From: the human T2T-CHM13v2.0 reference genome, Homo sapiens
Strand: one strand, 5' to 3'
Assembly: GCF_009914755.1 (NCBI RefSeq)
Contig: NC_060947.1
DNA: 64,000 nt
Of this stretch, positions 1-15,819 are shown piece by piece. How positions within the stretch are numbered: the stretch's first letter is position 1; the number at the start of each line of letters is the position of its first letter. Position numbers and translations under genes: made by a program. Under the pieces are notes generated by a model. The model searched no databases. It was not told the origin of the DNA and worked only from the letters and a program-made list of their open reading frames with translations.

Positions 1-250
1 TTAAATATGGCTAGTCTGAATTGAGTAGACTGTAAGTGTAAAATATATACCAGATTTCAAAGACTTAGTAAAAACAAATCATTAATATTTTATATCTATC
101 ACATGTCAAAACAATAGTTTATAGATATATTGGCTTAAATGTGTTATTAAAATTAATTTCATATGTTTCTTTTTATTTTTTAATGACACAATTTAAAATT
201 AGTATGTGGCTTGCGTTTTTGGTTTGGGTTATATTTCTATTGGACAGGCT
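1..250 (+). mobile_element. MER33-like hAT-Charlie MITE (cut by the window start)
   Basis: ggctagtctgaattgag...ctgtaagtgtaaaat...atatttctattggacag; similar to the copies at 33703 and 54265. Confidence 0.8.
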
Positions 251-540
251 ACATACACTAAGGTGGTGTCAGTCTCCTAAGTTTCAGAGCTTTGATGAAG
301 TAGGGAGGTCTAGGCTCCATCCTGGTACATCCAAATGTTGTTTGATTGGATGGCTTCATGGTCTAATACAGCAAATAGAATTTACCAAAATCCTTCTGTT
401 TTCTGTGTCTCTTCCAAAGATCCATGAATTCATTTTTAGCATAAGGGCCCTGACGTTGCCCTAGTTAAAACTAGGAGGTGATGGAAGAGGGGTCTCATTC
501 CATTCAGAGCCCCATAGGTCTGCTATTGAGGTTTTTATGA

Positions 541-1044
<504 letters not shown>

Positions 1045-1795
1045 AATACTTTGTTTTCTTAACCTAGAGTCCTTTAGGGATTTGAGAGTAGCAGGGAGCA
1101 GCTGTAATATGAATAACAGTAACACAGCTGGAATTTCCTATTGTAGTGAAGTTTTTCTGCACATAAGTGTTTCTCATTTTATCTGATAATTTTTGTCCTA
1201 ATAAGTACATGTAATACATCATGTTTTTTGGACATTCAACAAATACTTATTGAGCACCAACTTTGTGCCTGGCACTATTCTAGTTCCTAGGGATACTTCA
1301 GTGAATAAAACAGGGCAAATGGAACTGGCTTCCTAGAGACACACCCTAATGCTAATGGAGTTGGTATCCTAGAGACATACCCTAATGCTACCTTGTAAAT
1401 CACAGGGCTATCACATGGTGTATGATGTATCAAGTTAACCTTTGACTTGTAAGATATTTTATCTTCTCAAAGGACTTCAGAATTTGCCCTCTTGCTTTCA
1501 TTATGTTTATTATTTCCTCCAGAAAAGAGGAAAGGGGGCGTGTGTGATATAGAAGGAGGAAGGCAACATTCAACGCTTTTTATTTTCTTAGTCTGCATTG
1601 AACAGGTAATTTTCTCCCACAGGAAACCTAGGCATGGAAACACTTTACTAATTGGAAGTGACTTCGCTGCTGTAATTAGAGTAATTTTGGAAGTTAATTT
1701 TAATCAAAATATGCATCTTACTCTGTAAGAGTAAGTACTTTGGTACTCAAATATAGATACTATAACATGGAAACAATATATATGAAAAACTTGCT

Positions 1796-2105
1796 CTCTC
1801 TCTCTCTGTATATATATAGATATCTATATATTATATATATATTTTATATATATCTATATATATTGTATAGATATATATTTTATATATATCTATATATATT
1901 TTATAGATATATATTTTATATATATCTATATATATTTTATAGATATATATTTTATATATATCTATATATATTTTATAGATATATATTTTATATATATCTA
2001 TATATATTTTATAGATATATATTTTATATATATCTATATATATTTTATAGATATATATTTTATATAGATATATAGATATATATATATCTTATATATATAT
2101 ATAGA
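1796..2105. repeat. AT-rich minisatellite, 36-bp unit tatatattttatagatatatattttatatatatcta
   Basis: About 6 near-perfect copies, seen as the repeating YIFYRYIFYIYL in the ORF track. Confidence 0.92.
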
Positions 2106-2402
2106 TTTTTTTTTTTTTGAGACAGTTTCACTCTTGTTGCCCAGGCTGGAGTGCAATAGCGTGATCTCGGCTCACCGCAACCTCCGCCTCCTGGGTTCCG
2201 GTTCAAGCAGTTCTCCTGCCTCAGCCTTCTGAGTAGCTGGGATTACAGGCATGCGCCACCACACCTAGCTAATTTTTGTATTTTTAGTAGAGACGGGGTT
2301 TCACCATGTTGGCTAGGCTGGTCTCAAACTCCTGACCTCGTGATCCGCCTGCCTCGGCCTCCCAAAGTGCTGGGGTTATAGGCATGAGCCACCACGCCCG
2401 GC
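2106..2402 (-). mobile_element. Alu
   Basis: Antisense Alu; TSD aaaacttgct at 1786 and 2403. Confidence 0.93.
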
Positions 2403-2608
2403 AAAACTTGCTATATTTTAAAAAGTGTTGTTTTTAGTAGTGCTAAAATTGTAGAGGATCGTATTACACTTCTTTGTTAGTTTTCATCCATTGGTTTTAA
2501 TGTTTTATATCAAGGGTCAGCAATTTATGACAAGCATGTCACAGAGAGTACTCAGCTGGATGGGGCCAAGTATATACTTATCCCTTTACTAACAAGGACT
2601 CTATTGCC

Positions 2609-2910
2609 TTTTTTTTTTTTTTTTTTTTTGAGACGGAGTTTTCCTCTTGTCGCTCAGGGTGGAGCTCAATCTCAGCTCACTGCAATCTCCATCTCCTGGG
2701 TGGGTTCAAGGGATTCTCCTGTCTCAGCCTCCTGAGTAGCTGGGATTACAGGCTCCCACCACCACGCCTGGCTAATTTTTTGTGTTTTTAGTAGAGATGG
2801 GGTTTCACCATGTTGGCCAGTCTGGTCTCAAACTCCTGACCTTAAGTGATCTGCCTGCCTTGGCCTCCCAAAGTGCTGGGATTAAAGATGTAAGCCACCG
2901 TGTCTGGTCT
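2609..2910 (-). mobile_element. Alu
   Basis: Poly-T followed by antisense Alu consensus. Confidence 0.92.
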
Positions 2911-3415
2911 TCTATTTCTCTTTTATAAGAGCTAGATGCGTAGCCACACTTCCCTTCAAAGGAATCTACACAGTACGTGTCTATGTGCCTGAGTATCTGT
3001 GACCCTTTCTGTTTCCACGTCCAAGATAAATGGAGTGGAAACTTACACCATTGCTATTAGTATTGTATCAGCTCTCTTTTATTATTCTTGGTTTTCCTAT
3101 TCTGTAAAATAAATCCATATTATTAATTAATGTGTTAAATTTCCGAGAACCATTTTGGTTTTTTAAGGAGTAGGGAATTGCTTCTTAATTTACCTTTATC
3201 TTCAATAGGTTTCTTTTTACCTAAAGAGAAGTTATTTCTGATGCTGCCTTATATCTTTTATGAATCCATATGAAAAGAAAGTGGAACATCTTATATGGCA
3301 TTTCATCTAATTGGACTTTTTCTACCAGTGAACAAGAACTTCAGTTACTGAATAACTTTAAACATCCTTGATATCTGCCTGCATTTTTACATTAATATTA
3401 CAATATCTTTTTCAG

Positions 3416-3489
3416 GTTTTCAATTCAAAAACAGCTGAACTACTTAGTCATCATCAAGTAGAAATAAAACAAGAGTTCCCAAGAGAAGG
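3416..3489 (+). CDS. GK: GK exon 2 (74 nt), [25 protein letters not shown]
   Basis: ttttttcag|GTTTTC...GAAGG|gtatgt. Confidence 0.97.
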
Positions 3490-3984
3490 GTATGTTTCCT
3501 AATTTAATATGTAAAGACACATTATGTTTGTTAGTCCATCTCACCCAACTTGCCCTGTGGATTTGTAAAGTAAACTTGGTCAGACATCCTCCTGAAAACA
3601 TTTGAAAGGTTGTTATTAGTCAAGAAAATATGCAATAACTTGGTATGTCTTACATGTGAGGAATTGATGGCTTAGGAATTCAGTTAAAGATAAGGAATGA
3701 ATAATAAAGTAATAAAGCAAAAGAGTATTAAATATCAGAAATTTCACATTAACTTTGAAGTCATTTAGTTTTGTGTTCCTATTATTGCAAAAATGCTGCT
3801 TTGCTGATTTGAGTGTCAGGTTTGTTTTATAATAAAGGTATCTTTTTAAAAAAGTATTCACATATCTTAACATCTAATACTAAAATCACATTTTTGGGAA
3901 TAGTATTCATAAGTAGTAATTGTGATTAAATATGATGTTAAGTATATTATTTAAAATTTAATGATTTTTATGATATAACCACTT

Positions 3985-4540
3985 TGAAAAACTGTGTTGC
4001 AGGTTATTGCAAAGCTAACCATACACCTGCAGCATTTCACTCTTAGGAATTTACCCAAGAGGAATAAAAGCATATGCCCATCGAAAGACTTGCACATGAA
4101 TGTTTATAGCTACTTTATTAAAAGTCGCCCCAAACTGGAAACCACCCAAATGTCTGTCATCAGTAAGATGGATAACAATGGAATGCCATTTAGTAATTTT
4201 AAAAAAGTGGACAGATACTTGCACCAACACAAGGGAATGTCACTGGAAATATGGAAAATGAAAAAGTTGGATACAAAAGAGTATATACTGCATGACTCCA
4301 TTTATCTGAAATTTTATAATAGTCTAAACTAATCTAGGATGATAGGAATCAGAAAAGTGGTTGTCTGTGAGGTGTGTGATTCACTTGAAAGGAGCATGAA
4401 AGAACTTTCTGGGTTGCTGGAAATATTTTGTATCTTGACTGGGGTGTTGGTTAGATGGGTATTTCCACTTGTCAAAACTCAGCAAATTGTGTGCTTTCGA
4501 TTTGTGCATTTCACTGTAAAGTTTACTTCAATTTAAGAAA
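3985..4540 (+). mobile_element. Old L1 (L1M-type) 3' fragment
   Basis: cactcttaggaatttacccaagag...aaactggaaaccacccaaatgtc...tactgcatgactccattta, typical of L1M 3' ends. Confidence 0.8.
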
Positions 4541-4777
4541 GAGAGAAAAAAATTGATGTGTTTCTAAATTGTATTGTCTTCTTCACATGAAAAAATGTTC
4601 TAATTTTTTAGAGTTCCTTTGTTTAATAATAAAAGTTATTGATATGTTAGAGGCATTAGCATGACTGTCCACAAGCCTGAACCCAGTGCAATTTGTAAAG
4701 AAGATACCTGAGTCTTGGCTAGATGAAAATTATAAATACACAGAAGGAGACTGGGTTTTTAAAAATAAATTAGAGAC

Positions 4778-5091
<314 letters not shown>

Positions 5092-5916
5092 TTAGTTAGA
5101 GACAGAATTCAAAGCCCAGGAAAGGGAAGCATTTAGTTAGGCCTGAGAAAGGCAGAGAAGAAAGGCAGTTGGAATTCCCTTGCTACTTCTGGATCCTATG
5201 GTAGAATCATTTTAGTTTGTATCATTTCTACTTTTGGACTTCCTCAAATTACCATATTTCTCCTAGGCTTCTCACCCTTCTCATTTACTATTAGCCTTTC
5301 ATCCTTCTGAGGCCCTGGTACTTTACCAAAATTATACTGAGATTGGGTCTGAGAACTTGGACCAATCACTTATCTACATGAAATAGTTAAAAGGAGTTTT
5401 AAATTTCTCCCTAAATTCCAACAAAACATTTTGGGAAAAAAGTAGCAAAAAAGACTAGTATACTTATTTGACTTTTCAGAATTCCTTTTGCTTCCCAAAT
5501 ATATCATTCTCAATAATAATAAATATATTTCCATCTACTTAGAAATAATCAGCGATTAGTGAAACATGCAGATAATTTATCAAAATTAATTAAATCTGCA
5601 GGATATAAAGAAGGGGAACTAATTTCTTATTAGACTTGGAAAAATAATTTTAAAATAGGTAGATATTTGCTGTTTGTGGCCTGCCATTAGTGGCCTCCTT
5701 GAAAATGATTAATTACTATGTGGAGAATAATAAAATTGTAAGGAAATAGGCTTTTCTTGAAATCATTTCTTTAAAATGTGGAATGTAATTTGCTTTGCTT
5801 AATCTGGTTTTCTTTAATGTATGCACCAGCCACACCCTCATAAGTTAACATTTCTATAGAAAAAAGTTATATTTGTGTTGCTTTCTTACTAACCAAATGC
5901 CTTCTTTTGTTCAAAG

Positions 5917-6023
5917 ATGGGTGGAACAGGACCCTAAGGAAATTCTACATTCTGTCTATGAGTGTATAGAGAAAACATGTGAGAAACTTGGACAGCTCAA
6001 TATTGATATTTCCAACATAAAAG
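5917..6023 (+). CDS. GK: GK exon 3 (107 nt), [10 protein letters not shown]...DISNIK
   Basis: tcaaag|ATGGGTG...AAAG|gtattt; consensus branch point TACTAAC at 5887-5893. Confidence 0.97.
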
Positions 6024-6064
6024 GTATTTTAGTAGAATATTTTACCCACATAATAAGACTCTCT

Positions 6065-7010
6065 CAATCAAATTCATTAATTTATTCTTTCAGCTTATAA
6101 TTGAGTGCCTATGCAGTGCCAAGCATTTCTATGAGAACTTGAGGATACAACACTAAAGAGGAAGATTTAAGTTCTTGTCCTCATGGAGCTTTTATTTGGA
6201 TGGGGGCGAGATAATAAGAGCAGAAAAATATAATTTCAAATACTAAAAAGTTCCATTCCAAAAAATAAAAACCAAGTGGTATGGTGGGTTTTGCCTAGAA
6301 GGGCTTGCTTTAGATTAGGTGGCCAGGAAAAGCCTTTCTAAGGATGTGACACTTTTGCTGAGCTCTCAGAGGGCAAAAGGGGTCAGCCATGCCAGTGTCT
6401 AGAAGAGTGTTTGAGGAAAAGGATGCAGCACGTACAAAGGCCCTGAAGTGGGAATAAGCCTGGGACATTTCCGGGTCAGAAAGAAGGCCAGTGTGTCAAA
6501 AGAAGACTAAAAATGTTGAGCAGTGAGACTGGGTAGGGGGTTTCAGTAGGCGATCAAATTGTGGAAGTGGGTCGGGCTTCATCAGCCATATTTAGGATTT
6601 TGGATGTTATTCTTAGTATCATAGGGAGCCATGAGAAAGTTTAAGCAAGGCGGCAAGGGATGACTTGCAGTTTCAAGGCAACTTTCTGACTGCTGTGTGG
6701 AGAGTAGATGGTAAAGGCAAAAGTGTGGACACAGGGAGACTAGTGCGGAGGCTGCTATGGAAGTCCTGAGAGAGGATGGTGGCTTGACCAATAATGGTAG
6801 CAGTGGAGGTGGAGAGAAAGGGCCAGAATTTGCTGATAGACTGGATGTTGGGGTAACAGAGAGAGTAGTGGGGTTGAGGGAAGAGATTGGTCAAAGGTGA
6901 TGCTTTGGTTTTTGCCAGAGCTCCTGGATAGATGAGGATGCCTTTTGCTAAGGAGAGAAAGACTAGAGGAATGAGTAGGTTGTGGGGAAGGGGTATTTGG
7001 AATCCAAACT
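6065..7010 (-). mobile_element. L2 LINE fragment
   Basis: attcattaatttattc...ttgagtgcctat... followed by a purine-rich L2-like body. Confidence 0.7.
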
Positions 7011-7088
7011 CTTCACTTCTAAAATTTCCCTGAAATAATTGCTTGAGGGTGTTAGATTGTTATGGATTTCTCTGAGAAGTCCTAGTAG

Positions 7089-7385
<297 letters not shown>

Positions 7386-8009
7386 GAAGTCCTAGTAGTT
7401 TTAATTGAATATCTATGTTTGGCTTTTCATCATTCATATAGGGAAAAAAAATCCAGCCACCCAAGATTGATATAATAGCATAAAAGGTGGAAGCATAGTG
7501 TGGAAGTTTGCTGTCTACTTTATAGCCTAAAATTTTCAAGTTTACCATTCAAGGGCTCTTTTTTTCCTCCTTAGGTAGTTTGACTATAGATAGAGAGAAC
7601 ATCAATTGGTGGTGGTGGCTTGATTGCCATCATCTTGGCTTTGATACTTACCATCGCTCCTGAGCCTTTCCCCTATTTGTATAAATTAAAACTCACTTAA
7701 AAAAAAAGACTACAAATCTATAGAGTGCCTACTATGTGCCAGATGTGCTAAGGATACAATGGAGGTAATGCTTAAGTGCAGAAAACATGTTAATCTGATA
7801 ATCACAAATAAATGGAAATGCATAAAATAATAGAGTTATTTCTGTTATTGCAGATTTTTTAAAAGTATAATTTGATATTTTATTAACAACTTTTAATACT
7901 ATGCACATATTAATCCTATCCTCCCTTTATCCCTACATCTAAGTGGAAGGGCTTCAAACTTCTCTTAGGGTTGTAGTCCTGAACTTTAGATGAGTTGTGC
8001 ATTAGTGAT

Positions 8010-8470
8010 TGTTGTTGATCATTTCCTTGAGCTGTTCTTGCACTTCTCACAGTCTAAACAGTGCAAACAAATAATAGGCAATCAGTAGCACACTCTTGTC
8101 AAAATTACCAAAGACGTAAGTAATCCAGGCAGCTTAAAGCCATGTTTAGAATGTAGAGTCCAGGGTGATTGACCATGGCTTTGACATCATTCTACCTCCC
8201 TTACAGGTAAGGTAGGTTGTGATGTGTTGGCTTTCTGGACCCACTTGGATGCTATTCCTTTCTCCCTTGTTTTTACGGTTATGTGAAGATGACACACAAC
8301 TCCTGCCCAAGTGATTTGTCTTCCGTTTGCACTACCTGGTCTAAGAATTGAACAGTCAGCTTCTCTATACTCCTCTGTGTCTGGCCAGTGTGAAGTCCAC
8401 ATCTGAGCCAAACTGACCCAGCACTTCCATCTGTACAACTACCATCCTCTGGCCACAGAAGAGAACATCC
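8010..8470 (-). mobile_element. Putative decayed Ty3/Gypsy reverse-transcriptase relic
   Basis: Minus-strand translation with stops gives MVVVQ...VDFT...LG...IQVGPESQHITTYLTCKG...RL*E, in Gypsy RT motif order; recognised by eye only. Confidence 0.5.
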
Positions 8471-8607
8471 CACAAGCTCCTCCATACCAGGCCAGTTGTA
8501 CTATTTTTTTTTTTCCCAGAAAATTTATCCAATTGGCATTGCCAAGGACCAAGCTTTTGCTTGCCTGCATAGAACTCTATATCACAAACTGTTAAAGCTG
8601 TAAAGGA

Positions 8608-9222
<615 letters not shown>

Positions 9223-9766
9223 ACACTGTAAAGGATCTTCAGTCAACTAGACCAGCTCCCTCTATCTGCAAATTAGGGAAGAGGACTTAACTGCAGGTTA
9301 TGTAGCTTTTTAGTGGTAGATTAACATTAAAGCACAGCTCCCCTGACTCCTAGACCAGAGTTCTTTTTCCTGAGCCACACTGATGGTAATCTCACAAACC
9401 ACTTCTGTTTTTATTTCTTGTGTGGCAAGTAAATTAACTTTGCCAACTGAAGAGTGATATCATTTATAGTCCTACCTGACAGTCATTAAGAGTTCTTCAT
9501 GTCTGGTATTTCCTTGGCAAATTTCAATTTCATTGGTTTTGTTATGCTTATCTGACAGAAGGTTTGTTGATTTCAAGTCACTAGGAACAGTGCCTCCAAA
9601 ATTAAAATTCACTCTCCAACTGAGCAGCACACACTAGCTCAAGGCAATTAAATAGACTGCTTCTTTCCTTCTAGCGGTAGAGTCAGCTCTGTTTGCCTGT
9701 CACTGGGCTCAAGGAATTACAAAGTATAAAGAGTTACAGTAGCAATTCCAAAATACAAAGAGTTAC

Positions 9767-10090
9767 GGCTGGGCATGGTGGCTCACACCTGTAATCCCAG
9801 TACTTTGGGAGGCCGAGGCGGGTGGATCCCCTGAGGTTGGGAGTTCGAGACCAGCCTGACCAACTTGGAGAAACCCCATCTCTACTAAAAATACAACATT
9901 AGCTGAGCATGGTGGCTCATGCCTGTAATCCCAGCTACTCAGGAGGCTGAAGCAGGAAAAACGCTTGAACCCAGGAGGCAGAGGTAGCAGTGAGCCAAGA
10001 TCACGCCGAGCCGAGATCATGCCATTGTACTCCAGCCTGGGCAACAAGAGCAAAACTCCATCTCAAAAAAAAAAAAAAAAAAAAAAAAAA
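9767..10090 (+). mobile_element. Alu with a small internal duplication
   Basis: gagccaagatcacgcc-gagccgagatcatgcc; TSD aaagagttac. Confidence 0.93.
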
Positions 10091-10424
10091 GAGTTACATA
10101 TTCATTCATGTGATAGAACGAAAACACAACATAAACTCTTTCAAAATTGAGAGCATAAAATTCTCAGAGATTAGATTATCTTGTATCTAAAACAATTATT
10201 TCCCTGTTAGAGAAAAGGGAAACCCACATATCCATTCCTCCACTGCCTTGCCCTACCCAACATATTCACACACATTTCTACCACCTCTTAGACTCATACT
10301 GTCAGGGGCCTCTCAGGGGTTTCAGGAAGGCACCTCGTTCTCCAAAATGTTTCCAGCAGCAGCCACATCTCATTTGCAATTTTTCTAACCCACCTCAAGT
10401 ACACATCTTCCAGAGCCTGTTTTA

Positions 10425-10740
<316 letters not shown>

Positions 10741-11959
10741 AAGCTTTATCTCTCTTCCCACATGGTATTCCTTTTTGTAGCCAGAGAACCTTCCTCTGAA
10801 GCTCTTATTATTTTGTTCTGTGTGTTTTTAGTTTTCTCCTAAAAAATGTGTTATAATTATATGTTATGATTTTAATTTTAAAAAAGGATGCATCTCATCC
10901 ATAATTCTACCAAGACAACAATTATTAACATCCTGGAGTATTTTCAAAGGCTCTTTTTTCTAAGGTATATTTTCTTAACTGTGATTATAACTTCACGGAA
11001 AATTTTAAGAAAAATTAACCAGGGATTTTGAGTGTAGCTTTTAACTAGTTTAATTTTACTACTGACATTCAGTGTAGAGAAAAGTGCCCCCAAAGAGAAT
11101 ATGTGGGTAAAGTATGAAGCTGGTAAATGCAAGAGCAATACGATATATGATAATGGTTATGATGTCCGTAAATGAAAGACTTTGAGGCCAGGAAATACAT
11201 GTTTTATGCATGTGACTTTCATATTATCTTAAACAGTGCACATGAGGAGGAGTGGAGAATTATAAAACCTGAATGTGTTATTCCAAGAAAGAAGGAATTA
11301 AAATTAGGAACCATTAGGAATGGCACATGTGCTGAGATTAGCAGTTGGCAACGTTTTCTTTAAAAAACATAGAGGATTTTAGGGTAGGAATGACAAGACA
11401 CTGGAACATTGAAAAAGTTCAGAGATAAGTTCACACATAAGACTTGTGTGCCCTGGGGAGAAATAGGTAGTAAAGACATGTTTGTGGCTGGCAGAGAATC
11501 CTGGGAAGCTGTTTCACTGGACTTTGCCTGCAAGCAAAGCAATTTTACTTGGCATGAAGGAATCCAATTAAGATAGAAGAGAAAAAAGGAATGCCCAGGG
11601 AGGAACCCGTGACTGAAGAATCAGATTGAAATAGCTCTAAATTAGATTCTGAAGAAAAGTTAAAATGACCTGGTAAAGATAGGTAGCATGAGAGGCATAG
11701 AATAGTGACTCAAGGATTGTGAGTAAGAAAGTAGCCAGCTTATTGATGGTAAAATTAACATAGTGAGGAGGAATAGGAGATTTTAGTTGACTATAAGTTC
11801 ATTGTGATCCCATGTTGTAAAGTTGTCACACGCACAAAAAAATTACATTCACAATATGTACCCATAGAGCTGCTGCAGAATTCCTTTATTTGCCCTCCTT
11901 AGCTCAGTCCCATTCTCTGAAACTGTTACTCTACTCTCTTCTCAATAATAATGACCATG

Positions 11960-12170
11960 GCAGCAGCAGTAGGTAACATTTATTGAGTGCTTACTGTGTA
12001 CCAGGCATGTGTTTTAATATACATTGACTCCTCACTGTAACCCTGTAAAGTTGGAACTATTATTCTCTCCATTTTACAAGACACAAAACTGAGACCCAGA
12101 GTCACACTGCTAGGAAGCACAGGAATTGGAATTTGAATCCCAGCTATCTGGCCTCAGAGCCTGAGCTCTA
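11960..12170 (-). mobile_element. MIR
   Basis: acatttattgagtgcttactgtgtaccaggca...ccattttacaagacacaaaactgagacccaga. Confidence 0.75.
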
Positions 12171-12574
12171 CTGAATGGTGCCCCAAACTCTTGCCCTGTT
12201 TTGGCAGATAACCCTACCTCCTGCTTCATGGAGAAAGTTGAGGGTCTGCGGCCTTAAATCCTCACCTTCCTGTTGCTGTGCTTAATATCTGGATCTCCTG
12301 CCAACTTTCCTTCATCACAAGGGCAGCAATAGCCTTCTGCCCCACTTGGAGCTCCTCCCTCCACTTGTGCTGGTAATCCATCCTCTCCTGTCACTACATC
12401 AGTCAGAACCAAGTCCCCATTGATTCCCAGCCCCATCCATCCCCTCATTCTCCTTTCTCTTCTTTATTTACTTTTATAAACATTTTTGTCTTACCCAGAA
12501 TCTCTTCCTTATACCCTATGCCTCTAAATTTCTTTGGAGTAGAATCTCAATCATCTTTGTATCTCTAGAAAATA

Positions 12575-12720
12575 TTTTTTAAAAAATATATATATATATA
12601 AACTTTTAGATACAGAGGGTACATGTGCAGGTTTGTTATGTAGGTATATTGCATGATGTTGAGGTTTGGGGTACAGACCCGTCACCCAGTTAGTGAGCAT
12701 ACCACCCAATAGGTAGTTTT
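12575..12720 (-). mobile_element. Short primate L1 (L1PA/PB) 3' end
   Basis: acttttagatacagagggtacatgtgcaggtttgtta...ccaataggtagtttt. Confidence 0.85.
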
Positions 12721-12724
12721 AGAA

Positions 12725-14192
<1,468 letters not shown>

Positions 14193-14407
14193 TGGATTTA
14201 CAAAAAGAAAAAAAGCACCAAAGTTGTCCAATGGAGATTGCTCTGCCTTGAGAGATGTAGTGAATATCTTGTCACTAGAAGTGCTATCTGGATGGTCATA
14301 TGACAGGAGATTCTAGAGAAGATTTGAGCTTGAGAAGTATTTTTGCTTATACAGCCTTTAAGGTCTGTCCTAATCTTAAATTCTGGAAGAGCTGGATCCT
14401 TTGGCCA

Positions 14408-14590
14408 AGTGTGTTCTATCCAGGATGCACATTAGAATCACCTGGGGAAGTTTTAGGAACCCATACCAATGCTCACATCCCATCCCAGGTCAGTTACATT
14501 GGAATGTTTTGACCAGGGCTTGGTCATTGGTATTTTTTAAGAGCTCCTCAGTTGATTCTAAAGTACAATCAAGTCTGAAAACCTCCAATT
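14408..14590. mobile_element. MER5-like hAT MITE
   Basis: tgcacattagaatcacctggggaag...gttgattctaaagtacaatcaagtctgaaaacc. Confidence 0.7.
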
Positions 14591-14840
14591 TAGCTCAACC
14601 AAGCTGAATTGAATAAGATAGTGTGGGTTAGTGTTTTTTTACACTAAATATAGTACTTGTTTTATGTAGGTCAATATAATGTAAATGCCATTATATATTA
14701 TATTTATGCCTGATTCAAATTCTTATGTATTGTGACATATTAAAAATACAGGAATAAAACTGAATTTCTAACAAACCATAATATAAGGATGCTCAGCATG
14801 AAGGATTTTGTCCATAGCTATTTTCTTAAAATGTAGGCAT

Positions 14841-14882
14841 GTACATGTGCACACACACACACACACACAAATGCACACACAT
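14841..14882. repeat. (CA)n microsatellite
   Basis: gtgcacacacacacacacacacaaatgcacacacat. Confidence 0.85.
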
Positions 14883-15280
14883 AGGGAGGAAAATTTCTTG
14901 TAGCAATTGGTAAACAAATGAATGAGTTGATTATTGGTCTGCTCAGAATAATAAATTGGGTATTATAAATTTGTGAAGTTATTGCATTCCTTAAAGCAAC
15001 CAGTGTGCCTTTTATTTGGGTATTGATCTGGGTCCATCATTGTGTGCTAGTAGTAAAGCTGGAAGGAGTATGTAGAAATGAAAAGAAACACTTGGCATTG
15101 GGTATTGACTTTTTCTGGAGCCACTCAAAGAAAATAAACTAATATCACTACAAATGTTTCAAGTATTTTTTTGATTTGCTATGTTTAGTTGTGTCTCTAG
15201 TAAGATGAGAGCTGTTTTCCTGAAGTAGTTTCCTACTTGTTAAATTTTTGACTTCCTTCTGTTTAACTTTCTCTTTAAAG

Positions 15281-15358
15281 CTATTGGTGTCAGCAACCAG
15301 AGGGAAACCACTGTAGTCTGGGACAAGATAACTGGAGAGCCTCTCTACAATGCTGTGG
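15281..15358 (+). CDS. GK: GK exon 4 (78 nt), [26 protein letters not shown]
   Basis: ctttaaag|CTATTG...GTGG|gtaagc; contains the NQRET motif. Confidence 0.97.
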
Positions 15359-15451
15359 GTAAGCTGTCATGCATGGATGTCAAATGTAGGGCCTTTCTTC
15401 ACATTGCAAATGTGGTCATATTAAAATATCTTGCTAAAAAAGCATGCAGTC

Positions 15452-15819
<368 letters not shown>

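Noticed and set aside
1796-2105. CRISPR-like regular 36-bp periodicity
   Set aside because: Head-to-tail low-complexity units without unique spacers in primate DNA; this is a minisatellite.
8279-8485. Tudor-domain-like reading (WPEDGS/YR...VQFLD) of the minus-strand ORF
   Set aside because: It needs several ad hoc frameshifts, and the Gypsy RT reading explains more motifs in a single frame. It remains an alternative until a profile search is run.
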